DNA of 64,000 nucleotides from Chiloscyllium plagiosum. Lineage: Eukaryota. The notes under the pieces are model-generated. The model saw only the letters and a list, made by a program, of their open reading frames with translations. It searched no databases and was not told where the DNA came from. Numbering within the stretch: position 1 is the first letter of the stretch; every line of letters starts with the position of its first letter. Both the position numbers and the translations under genes were made by a program. The stretch is taken from positions 53,526,174 to 53,590,173 of the forward strand of contig NC_057728.1 in assembly GCF_004010195.1 (NCBI RefSeq), given 5' to 3'. This document shows positions 52,545 to 63,495 of the stretch, in pieces.

Positions 52545-53830
52545 TCACATCAAGGTCAAATTTGACCTGGCATCGAGCTGCCTAGTGAAACTGGAAACTA
52601 AGTTTCAGGGAGCAAGCTCTCCTCTGGTTGGAGTCATACCTGATACACAGGAAGATGGTTTTGGTGGCTGGAGGTCAGTCTTCTCAGCTCCAGAATTTTT
52701 CTGCTCCAAAACATCTCTGCAGGAGTTCTTCAAGCGAGTGACCTAGGCCTAACCATCTACAGCAGCTTCATCAATGACCTTTCCTCCATCATAAGGTCAG
52801 AAGTGTGATGTTCACCAATGACTATCACCAGCCAGATAGGTAAAAACAATGACTGCAGATGCTGGAAACCAGATTCTGGATCAATGGTGCTGGAAGAGCA
52901 CAGCAATTCAGGCAGCATCGAGGAGCTTCAGCAAAATCGACGTTTCGGGCAAAAGCCCTTCATCGGCATACCTGGGGGTTTGGGCCAACATCAATATTAA
53001 ATCTCATTCATGAGGCTTTTGCCCGAAACGTCGATTTTGCTGAAGCTCATCGATGCTGCCTGAATTGCTGTGCTCTTCCAGCACCATTGATCCAGAATCC
53101 TCCTATCACCAGCCAGAGACAATCTAATTATTTCCCCTTGACATTCTTGGTGTTACCATCACCGAATCCCTACTGTCAACATCCTTGGGCTTACCATGTC
53201 CAGAAGCTCACCACATAAACACAGTGGCTACAAGAGAAAGTCAAAGGCTAGAAATACTGTGGTGAGTAACTCACCTCCTGACTCAGTGAAGCCTGTGCAT
53301 CTATAAGACACAAGTCAAGAGCGTGCTGAAATACTTCCCACTTGTCTAGATGGGTGCAGCTCCAACAACACTCAAGAAGCTTGACACCATTCAGGACAAA
53401 GCAGCCCAATTGATTGGCACCATATCCATAAACATCCATTTCCTCGATCACTATCACTCAGAGCAGTAGTGTGTACTATCTACAAGATACATTGCAGAAA
53501 TTCACCAAAGATCCTCAGACAGCACTTTCCAGACCTACAACTACTTGCATTGGAAGGACAAGGACAACCGATACATGGGAACACTACTACCTGCAAGTTC
53601 CCCTCCAAGCCACTCACCATCCTGATGGAAATATATCACCGTTCCTTTACAGTCGCTGGGTCAAAATCTTGGAATTCCCTCCTTAAGGGCATTGTGGGTG
53701 TGTCTACACCACATGGACAATAGCGGTTCAAGAACATAGCTCACCATCACCTTCTCAAGTGCAACTAGGAAAGACAATAAATACTGGTCAGCCAGTGATA
53801 CCTATGTCTCATGAGTGAATACGAAATAAA
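52545..53830 (+). mobile_element. L2/CR1-like LINE 3' fragment, decayed
   Basis: RT remnant (GVLQASDLGLTIYSSFINDL) and 3' tail cagctcacca..caactagg..aataaatactgg. Confidence 0.65.
52837..53102. mobile_element. Fold-back family A Penelope-derived insertion with central filler
   Basis: Inverted arms of about 85 bp; 15-bp TSD ctatcaccagccaga (52822-52836 / 53103-53117). Confidence 0.88.
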
Positions 53831-53844
53831 TCATTGTTTCATTT

Positions 53845-56790
53845 TGAATGGCAGTAGGCAGGGTAGTATGCTTCTCCTGGGGAATTTGAGAAATTGGATA
53901 TAGTTTGAACAGGCCTGATGACTACTTCTGCAGGAAGTGTGTCCAATTGCAGCTCCTGTCAGTCCACATAGATTGGTTGGAGCAGTAATTGGTCAAACTT
54001 CGGGGCATGGAAGAGGTGCAAAGCATCATAAACGGCATTTTATAGATGTGGCCACATCCAGGTTTCAGGCAGAGAGATGGGTGACTGCTAGAAGGGGCAG
54101 GCAGATATTGGCTATCCCCTCTCTAAAATGTATATTGTTTCGCTTACTGTTGGGGGGAATAGCCTATCAAGGGATGGCGACAGCAGCAACCAGAGCTGTG
54201 GTACCACCCAGGTAGGGTCAAAATGCAGTGAAGCAGTTGCAATAGGGGACTTTCAAATCAGGGGTACAGACAGGCATTTCTGTGGCCACAAAAGAGACTC
54301 CAGGATGGTATGTTGCTTCCCTGGTGCCAGGTTCAAGGATATCTCTGAGTGTCCATGGGACATTCTCAAAAGGAGAGCAAGCAGCCAAAGAGTTTGGTAC
54401 ACAATGGTACGAGTGACATAGGCAGGAAGAGTGAGGAGATCCTACAAAGGGAGTTCAGGGAGTTGGGTAGTACATTGAAAAGCAGGGTCTCTAGGGTTGT
54501 AATCTCTGGATTACTCCCCATGCCATGTGCCAGTGCGGCTAGGAATAGGAAGATAGTACGGTTAAATATGTGGCTAAAGAGCTGGTAAAGGAGGGAGGGC
54601 TTCAGATGTGTGGATCTTTAGGATGTATTCTCGGGAAGGCGGGGCCTGTACAAGGAGGACAGGTTGTACCTTAGAATCATAGAATCAAAGTAATCATAAT
54701 AATTCCGATAGTATGGCCCTAAAAGTCCACAACGACCCTCTGGAGTATTCCACCCAGACCCAATTACTCTACATTTCCCCTGACTAATGCACCTAGCCTA
54801 CACATCCCTGAACACCAAGGGACAACTTCGCATGGCCAATCCACCTAACCTGCACATCTTTGGACAGTGGGAGGAAACCAAAGCACGTGGAGGAAACCCA
54901 TGCAGACATGGGGAGAATGTGCAAATTCCACACAGACTGTCACCTGAGGCTGGTATCGAACTCGGGTCTCTGGTACTGTGAGGCAGCAGTGCTGACCACA
55001 CCGGGGGGACACCAATATCCTGGCAGGGAGGTTTGCTAGTGCCACTTGGGGGAGGAGGGGAGGGTTTCAACTAGTGTGGCTGGGAGGTGGGGACTGGAGC
55101 AGAAGGTCAGTGAGTAAAATGACCAAGGAGGAGTTAGAGTCTAAGGCCAATGAGACTACGAAGAAGAACAAATGGGGGAGGTTACGAAATACGGCAAGAT
55201 TGGTAAACTGAGGTGTATTTATTTTAATGTGAGGAATATAGAGTCATAGAGTCATAGAGATGTACAGCATGGAAACAAACCCTTTGGTTCAACCCGTCCA
55301 TGCCAACCAGATGTCCCGACCCAATTTAGTCCCACCTGCCAGCACCCGGCCCATGTCCCTCCAAACCCTTCCTATTCATATACCCATCCAAACGCCTTTT
55401 AAATGTTGCAATTGTACCAGCCTCCACCACTTTCTCTGGCAGCTCATTCCATACACGTACCACCCTCTGCGTGAAAAAACTTAAAGATTGGATTAGTAAT
55501 ATAGCTCTGGTGGTTTACAAGTGGGGCAGTTGCATTACTGGTAAGTGAGAATATCACAGTTGTAGTGAGGGAGAACATCTTGGAGGGCTCATCTGTATGG
55601 CTATATGGCTAGAGCTCAGGAATAGGAAGCGATTACTTTGATGGGATCATGCTACAGGCCTTCCAATAGTATTAGGCAGGAACTAGGGAATGTCGATTGT
55701 GGGTGGCTGTTTGAGAGTAAATCCTCATCTGGCATATGGGAATCTTTTAAAGGTCAGGTGATTGGAGCTCAGAACCAGAACATGCCTATGAAAATGAAGG
55801 ATAAGGATGGCAAGATTCAGGAACCTTGGATGACAAGAGAAATTGTGGACTGAGTGAAAAAGAAAAAGGAAGTACACATAAGGTTTAGGAAACTGAAGAC
55901 AGGCAGAGCCCTTGAATAATCGAAAGAAAGCAGAAATGAACTTAAGCAAGGAAGTGGGAGGGATAAAAAGAGCCATGAAATGTTCTTGGCAAACAGGATT
56001 AAGGAAAATTCCAAGATGTTGTATACCAATATAAAGAGCAAGAGAGTAGCTATGGAGCGGGTAGTTCCATTCAAAGACAAAGTAGGGAATTTATGCATGG
56101 AGTAAGAGGAAGTGGGTAATGTCCTGAATGAATATTTGCACCTGTATTCACAAAGGAGAAGATCATGGTGGATAGTGAGTCGAGGGAGGAGCATGTGATA
56201 TTCTGTGAATATAAAAATGGAGGTGTTGGCTGTTTTGAAATGCATTAAGACATGTCCCCAGAACCTGATGGGATCTATCCAGAATAAGGAGGGAGGTGAG
56301 GGAGGAAATTGCTGAAGCCTTGTACAAAATCTTTGTGTTCTCTTTAATCACTCGAGAGGTCCCAGAGGAGTGGAGAATAACCAATGTTGTTCCTTTGTTT
56401 AAGAAAGGCAACAGGAATAACATGGAAATTATAGACCACTGAGCCTTACATCAGTGGTAGGGTTATTATTGGAAAATATCTTAGGGACAGGATTTACTTA
56501 CATTTGGAAAAATATAGACTTATTAGCGATTAGGGCAGCATGGCTTTGTGTGAGGGAAGATCATGTCTTACAAGCTTGACTGAAATTTTTTGAGGAAGTG
56601 ACAAAGGTGAGTGATGAGGGCAGGGCGGTGGATGTTGTCTATGTGGACTTTAGCAAAGCCTTTAGCTGGGTCCTCTTGGCAACCTGATACAAAAGGTGAA
56701 ATCACATGAGATTTCCTGTGAGCTGGATACAGAATTGGCTTGGTTATGGAAGGCAGACAGCAGGAATAGAAGGGTGTTTTTCAGACGTGA
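53845..56790 (+). mobile_element. CR1 LINE, ORF1 plus deleted ORF2, with nested HE1 SINE (about 54675-54999, -) and CR1 3' end (55239-55478, -)
   Basis: ORF1 zinc-finger and esterase remnants (PDDYFCRKC; AIGDFQIRGTDRHFCGHKRDSRMVCCFPGAR); ORF2 remnants PEEWRITNVVPLFKKG and VDVVYVDFSKAF. Confidence 0.8.
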
Positions 56791-56934
56791 CATCTGTCAA
56801 ACAAAGAACAGCATGAGGATATTGGAGATTGGAAACAAAATAACAGCAATTGCTGGAGAAACTCAACAGGTTATGCAGCATCTGTAGAGAGAAAACAGGG
56901 GAACATTTTGAGTCCAGAGATTCTTCTTCAGCTG

Positions 56935-57310
56935 GGACATAATTCCCACTGTATTAACAGGAATGCTCACCTCTGAGGCAGAAGGCCAGAGGTTCAATGT
57001 CAGGCCAGAGAATCCAGAGGAATAGGAAGAAGAGTTGCACTGGTGGAAGTGTGGTCTTTTGATAAGGATAACAAACATTAATGATCCTATGACAATATTT
57101 GAAGAAGGGTTAGCTTGTCTCCTGGTATTAAAACCATTAATTACCCCTCAAGAAAAGTAACCAAAATGGAAAATGTCATGCTTTTCATATTTATTAAACT
57201 TCGCTGTGCACAAATTGGTTGTCAGGTTTTCTACTTTACATTGGCTCCACGTTCAAAATTTGACAAGAAGACCTTTAGGACATCCCAACATTGTAAGAGG
57301 TTACCGTGTG
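56935..57310 (+). mobile_element. Degenerate Deu-domain-like SINE (SacSINE1/AmnSINE-like)
   Basis: gatcctatgacaatatttgaagaag..ctgtgcacaaattggttg..ctttaggacatcc resembles my recollection of the DeuSINE consensus. Confidence 0.4.
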
Positions 57311-58329
57311 TGTTTTTAAAAAAAATGTATTCCATTTTTATTTTGTAAATTAAAGTGTCCTGCATTTTGTAATGTTTTAGAATTATTTATATACTAAATG
57401 TTCATAGTTGTAGATTTTTTAAAAATTTATTGTTCATGACACAATATGAATTATGATTCCTGTTGTCATTTGTACATTCACAATTCAGGACCTGCCTCTG
57501 TGATTATTTTTCAATACACTAATTACCTATCTATCTTAATGACAAGTTCCTTGTTTCTTTTGTGCGCAATAAACTCTTGCTTAGCTCGCCAATGTGATAA
57601 GTTCATCAGTAAATATTAGAAAGCTGGCTTCTAGGTTAATCCTTCAAGCTTCATTTGTAGCACACATCAAAATTTGTCTACTGTTCGTTAATGGACAGGG
57701 AAAGCTGGACACCTTTTGAAAAGCAGCCTAATGGTGCTCCTTCCATCGTCTCATACTATCCCTACATTTAGATGTAAACAGGGTGCATCAGAAAGGTTAC
57801 AGAGCATTCTTTCAGCTCACTGATGAAGTTTTTATGTTCTTGACACTCTAATAGACTGTTGCAATATAGCCCAGATGAAATATGAGAAGAATTTCAGGCA
57901 TGATATGTATATCTTGTACTATTTTCTCTTTAGATGTAGAGGAAAGCCAGACTGAGTGCCACAGGAATCCGTGCTGGGGTCTCAACTATTTAGAATTTAC
58001 CTCAATGATTTTGATGAAGAGATCCATTTTTTGACGCTGATTTGATGACTTGTAAATAGATATATGGTAAGTTGGGCAGTTTTTGCAAAGGAATATACCT
58101 ATAGATAGATTATGTGGAGCATAAAGTGGGAAAATGAGAACTTGCTCAGTTTGATAGGAAGAATGGAAAAGCACCACTTTATTTAAATGGAGAGTTTGGA
58201 GAACTCTACACTATAAAGAGACTTAAATTACAAAAGGTTAGAATGCAGATACAGCAAGTGAAGACAAATTGAATGTTGTAATTTATCGCACAAGGATGGA
58301 AGATAAAAGTATTGACTATTTTCTACAGT

Positions 58330-58912
58330 TATAGTGTCATAGATTATATAGCATAGAAACAGATCCTTCGGTCCAACTTGTCTGCGCCTATCAGACATCC
58401 CAATCTGACCTAGTCCCATTTGCCAGAATTTGACCCATATCCCTCTAAACCCTTCCTATTCATTTACCTATTCAAATGACTCTTAAATATCGCAATTGTA
58501 CCAGCCTCCACCACTTCCTCTAACAGCTCATTCCATACATGCACCACCCTCTGCATGAAAACGTTACCCCTCAGGACCTTATTAAATATTTCCAACCCAT
58601 CCTTAAACCTATGCCCTCTAGTACCCATTCCCACCCCTCAGGAAAAAGACATTGGTTATTCACCCTATCCATGCCATTCAAAATTTTATAAACCTCTACA
58701 AGGTCACCCCTCATCCTCCAATGCTCCAGAGAAAAACATCCAGCTTATTCAGCCTCTCCTTATAGCTCAAACCATACAAACCTGGCAACATCCTTGTAAA
58801 TCTTCAGCACCTCTCAAGTTTGACAACATCCTTCCAATAGAAGGGCTACCAGAATTGTATGCAGTATCCTAAAAATGGCCTAACCAATGTCCCATATGGC
58901 TTCAACATGACT
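58330..58912 (-). mobile_element. CR1 3' fragment nested in an older plus-strand CR1
   Basis: Reverse complement of the CR1 3' end (ccctctaaacccttcctattcat; ccagcctccaccacttcctc). Confidence 0.85.
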
Positions 58913-59344
58913 AGACAGAACATTGGGGATACCCACATCTGGAATACGCTCTACAATTTTGATCTCCTAATTTGAGGAAGGATATTGTCATGAAGGATGA
59001 TAATATACCATTATCATTTGAAAAACTGGATTCCAAAGTGGAGGATAAATTGATACATAGTTTTTAGTTCTATGAATGTCTGACTTGTTCATTCTTAAAA
59101 GTCAGAAAGCCATTTTGGACATTGAATTCAAAACTTACAAGGAATCATGTTATTTCAGCTAAACGACCACCAAGTCACCTAAGAGATTATTGCTCAGGTA
59201 TTTGCTGACTTGGGTCTCATGATCCAAAGAAGGACAGAGAAAAGGGGTCAGAAGCAGAGGTTCATTGCAGTAATGATGCTGTTAGTAGCAATTAGCACCC
59301 AAATTTGCAGGCAACACAAATCTAAGAGGACACACAGGTGGTGA

Positions 59345-60272
59345 GAGGGATACAAACAGCTCACAGACAGATATTCATCGGTTAAATGGGCAAAAGGTTT
59401 GCCATTAGAGTATAATGTGGGAAAATGTGAAATGTTTCATTTCAAAAGAACAGAACATTATTTAAATGTAGGAAAACTGAAGAAAGCTGCTATACAACAG
59501 GACTTACAAATTAAACATAGAAAGCTAGCACACTGGTGCAGCAGGTTACCAGGAAGGCTAATGGTTTATTGGCTAGGAGAAAGTGAGGTCTGCAGATGCT
59601 GGAGATGGTTACACACTCTCGACTAATGGTTTATTGGCCCATGTTTCAAGGGAGATGTAGTCTAATAGTAGTGAAGTCTCACTGCAACTGTACAAGGGGC
59701 TTGTGAAACCATATCTGGAGCACTGTGAGCAGTTTTGGTCCCCTTATTTAAGGAAATATAGCATTTCTCTGGACGCAGTTCAGAAAAGGTTCATTCAGAT
59801 GATTCATGGTATGGAGGGATATTTTATGAGCAAAGGCTAAACTGATTGGGACTCTACTCATTGGAGTTTAGAAGAAAGTGAACTGATCTCATTGAAGCAT
59901 GTAAGACTCTTAAGGGACTTGACAAGATAAATGTTGAGAGGAAGTTTCCCCTCACGGAAGAGTCTAAGACCAGAAGACATGGTCTCAGAATAAAGGAGCA
60001 CCAATTTAAGATTTGGATGAGGAAGAGTTTCTTCTTTCAGGTGGTTTGAGTCTCTGGAACTCCTTGCCACAGAGAGCTGTGGGAGCAGATTCCTTGAGTA
60101 TATTTAGAATGAGATAGATAGATTCTTGATCAGTTGGTGAATCAAGGATTCCAGGAAAAGGGCAGGAAAGTGATGGGAGGAATATTAGATCGGCAGTGAT
60201 TCTATTGAATGGAATAGCAGGCTCAAGGAACTAAACAGTCTACTCCTGTTTCTGTTTCTTATGGTCTTATGA
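59345..60272 (+). mobile_element. CR1 3' fragment
   Basis: EYNVGKCEMFHF..ctggagcactgtgagcagttttggtc; tail ttcttatggtcttatg. Confidence 0.8.
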
Positions 60273-60769
60273 TCGCCAAGCAGTCAGTAAGAAGAAAACT
60301 CCAAAAGCAGAAGGCTATGACAGTGTTAGAGAGGAAGACATCTCAAAACCCTTTTAAAGGCTCATGTTCAGCGAACCCAAATTAAGGAAAAAGTGAGCTG
60401 AGTTAGCAGTTCGTTTTAAGTGTCTCAGGGAGCTAAATTAACTGAAGAAAATACCACTGAGTAAATGCATAGAAATTTCCTGAAAGGAAACTGATTACAG
60501 CCATGCCAGCAGAGCAAGAAGCTTTAGTTTGAAGAAAAGTGATTCTTCATTGACATTTTAGTGTGTATTCAATTACTGCTGAGATAAAAGGGATGAATCT
60601 TTCTGATGTTTGTAATGACATGATTTCATTAGCTTTTGTATAGTGCAATACAGTTTGTGTTTTGACTTTTGTGTAATTAACGTTTGTTATCATCTGTTAA
60701 AAATACCCTGACAGCCTCTTACAATTATGTTCAATGATTGATCTTCATATAAAAGACCACCTAAACCAC

Positions 60770-61178
60770 ATTAAAAATCACACAGGTTATAGTCTAATAG
60801 GCTTATTTGGAAGCACAAGCTTTCAAAGCACTGCTCCTTCATCAGGTGGTTATTGAGTGTAAGGTCGTAAGACATAGAATTTATTCCAAAGGTTTACAGT
60901 GTAATGCAACTGAAATTATATATTGAAAAAGACCTGGATTGTTTGTTACGTCTCTCATCTTTTAGAATGATCATGTTGGTTTCAGTTCTTTGATATGTAA
61001 ATCCAAGAACCTTTTCTAGAGTTACATTCTCAAATGAACTTTGACAATAGGTGCCATGTCAGCTCAGATAATGCATTGAAGGTGTGAGGTGCCCTTTGTG
61101 AGGCCGTCTGTGCCCCAGTATTCAGACTGATTTTATTTCAAAAAAGGCTTTACAGAATCTTATACGGATTCATAAAAT
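60770..61178 (-). mobile_element. Family B Penelope-like fragment with hammerhead motif (60814-60848)
   Basis: 12-bp TSD cac(c/t)taaaccac (60758-60769 / 61179-61190). Minus strand CAC-CTGATGA-A-GGAGC-AGT-GCTTT-GAAA-GC-TT-GTG. Confidence 0.75.
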
Positions 61179-61279
61179 CACTTAAACCACTGAATAAATA
61201 AAAGGGATAAAAAGGGAAAACTTACGACCCATCGAGGCAATTTTATTTTGGAATATGACTTGTTCAGTGTTACTGTCAG

Positions 61280-62341
61280 GATTAGAGTGGTGCTGGAAAA
61301 GCACAGCAGGTCAGGCAGCATCCGAGGAGCAGGAAAATCGACATTCCGGGCAAAAGCCCTTCATCAGTAATAGAGGCAGAGTGCATGCAGAGTGGAGAGA
61401 TAAATGAAAGGGGGACAGGTCATGAGGTTGGGGAAGGGGAAATGAGGAAACTGATGAAATCCACATTGATGACATGGGGTTGAAGTGTTCCAAGGTGGAA
61501 GATCATGCGATCTTCCTCCAAGCATCAGGTGGTGAGGGAACGGTAGTGGAGGAGACCCAGGACCTGCATGTCCTCGGCAGAGTGGGAGGGAGAGTTGAAA
61601 GGTTGGGCCACAGGGCGGTGGGGTTGATTGGTGTGGGTGTCCAGGAGATGTTCCCTAAACCGCTCTGCTTAGAGACATCCAATCTCCCCGATGTAGAGGA
61701 GACCGCATCGGGAGCAATGGATACAATAAATGATATTTGTGGATGTGCAGGGGAAACTTTGATGGATGTGGCAGGATCCTTTTGGGCCTTGGATGGAGGT
61801 GAGGGAGGAGGTGTGGGTGCAGGCTTTAGGGAACATCTCTGGGACACCCACTCCAATCAACCCCACCGCCCTGTGGCCCAACATTTCGACTCCCCTTCCC
61901 ACCGAGGACATGCAGGTCCTGGGCCTCCTCCACCGCCGTTCCCTCACCATCTTCTGCCTCGGAACACTTCAACCCCATGGCATCAATGTGGATTTCACCA
62001 GTTTCCTCATTTCTCCTTCCCCCACCTCACCCCAGCTCCAGCCTTCCAGCTCAGCACCACCCTCATGACCTGTCCTACCTGACTATCATCCTTTCCTCCT
62101 ATCCACTCCACCCTCCTCTCTGACCTATCACCTTCATCCCCACCCCTATTCATCCATTGTACTCTTTGCTACCTTCCCCCACCCTCTTCTCTGACCTATC
62201 ACCTCCATCCCCACCCCCATTCACTTATCCTACTCTATGTCGATTTTCCTGCTCCTCGGATGCTGCCTGACCTGCTGTGCTTTTTCAGCACCACTCTAAT
62301 CCAGACTCTGGTTTCCAGCATCTACAGTCACTTTTTTTACC
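61280..62341. mobile_element. Penelope-like element with GIY-YIG endonuclease remnant and inverted termini (family A)
   Basis: Minus ORF FPCTSTNIIYCIHCSRCGLLYIGE (GIY-YIG with Cys pair); fold-back near 61825; perfect 15-bp TSD cagtgttactgtcag (61265-61279 / 62342-62356). Confidence 0.9.
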
Positions 62342-62832
62342 CAGTGTTACTGTCAGCTGAGATTATAACAATCTACATGACTTAGAAACAGTTTAGAGAG
62401 GATTCACTTGACTGGTGGCATAGGGCTTACGAGGAAAGGTCTAACAGGTTGTGCTTGTGTCTGTTGGAGCTTAAAAGAATAAGAGGTGTTCTTATTGAAG
62501 CATATAAACTTCTGAAAAGACTTAACCATGTGGATGCTGAAAGGATGTTTCCCCTTGTGAAAGAGAATAGAACTAAGGGATACAATTTAAAAATAAGGGG
62601 TCTCCTATTTAAGATGGAAAAGAGAAGATATTGTTTCTTTTGGAAGATTGAGAATCTTTGGAACTGTTTTCTAAAGAGAGTGAATGAAGCAGGGTCATTG
62701 AATATTCTTAAGGCAGGGGAAATAGATTCTCAATTAACAAAGTTTATCATGGGTAGTAAGTAAGAAGTTGAGGCCGCAATGGGATGTATCATATTCTGTT
62801 GAATGACAGGGTAGGCCCAAGTGACTGAATGG

Positions 62833-62960
62833 TAAAAACAAGGGTTGCAGGTGCTGGAACCCTGCAGGCACCCCGATTAAGGGCTTTTGCCCGAAACGTC
62901 GATTTTCCTGCTCCTTGGATGCTGCCTGACCTGCTGTGCTTTTCCAGCATAACTCTAATC
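62833..62960. mobile_element. Short family A Penelope-derived insertion in a CR1 3' end
   Basis: 21-bp perfect direct repeat taggcccaagtgactgaatgg (62812-62832 / 62961-62981). Confidence 0.88.
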
Positions 62961-63495
62961 TAGGCCCAAGTGACTGAATGGCCTACTCCTGCTCTTAATT
63001 TGAATGTCAATATGTACATTCAGATAGTTCTAACTAATCATGCCCCAGTGCCTCACTTGGCATCAGAGGTTAGCAACTGTACTGTTGCTGAGATCCATGT
63101 CCATAGTGTGAATGCTTGATGTGATCCCGAATAATGCATACAACTCTGATAGAATAGGAAAAGGTGATGATGAAATTTCATACCTATGCCAGCTGTCTAC
63201 TGCTGTAGATTCTCTCAAAACAACAACAGATTTGCTGCCACCTTGATCTGATGGCTTCAAGGCACAGTTTCCATGGTGTGGGAGTGGAATCTCTAACCAC
63301 CTCCATGGACCAAAAGTGGAAAGTCAGAGTGGCAAAGTGGATATGGGGAGGGAAAACCAAAGCCTAAGGCCTTGGCTTCTGAAGGTATGACTAGCAATGG
63401 TGAATCAATGAAAACTGGGGCCGGGCAAGAGGTCTGACTTGGAAGAATGTGGAAATTGTGGAGTATTTTTGTCGATTACAGAGATCATTATCATT

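Larger units (their letters stand above)
58986..62370. mobile_element. Probable solo LTR expanded by three nested insertions
   Basis: TGTCAT...ATAACA ends and imperfect TSD atat/atct. The flanks rejoin into one CR1 sequence (gaggaaggatat | acatgacttagaaacagtt). Confidence 0.5.

Noticed and set aside
4493..62960. CRISPR-like or DNA-transposon MITE interpretation of the palindromic repeats
   Set aside because: Copies are dispersed rather than regularly spaced. TSDs are long and variable, arms are asymmetric, and the termini link to GIY-YIG remnants, which fits Penelope retroelements.
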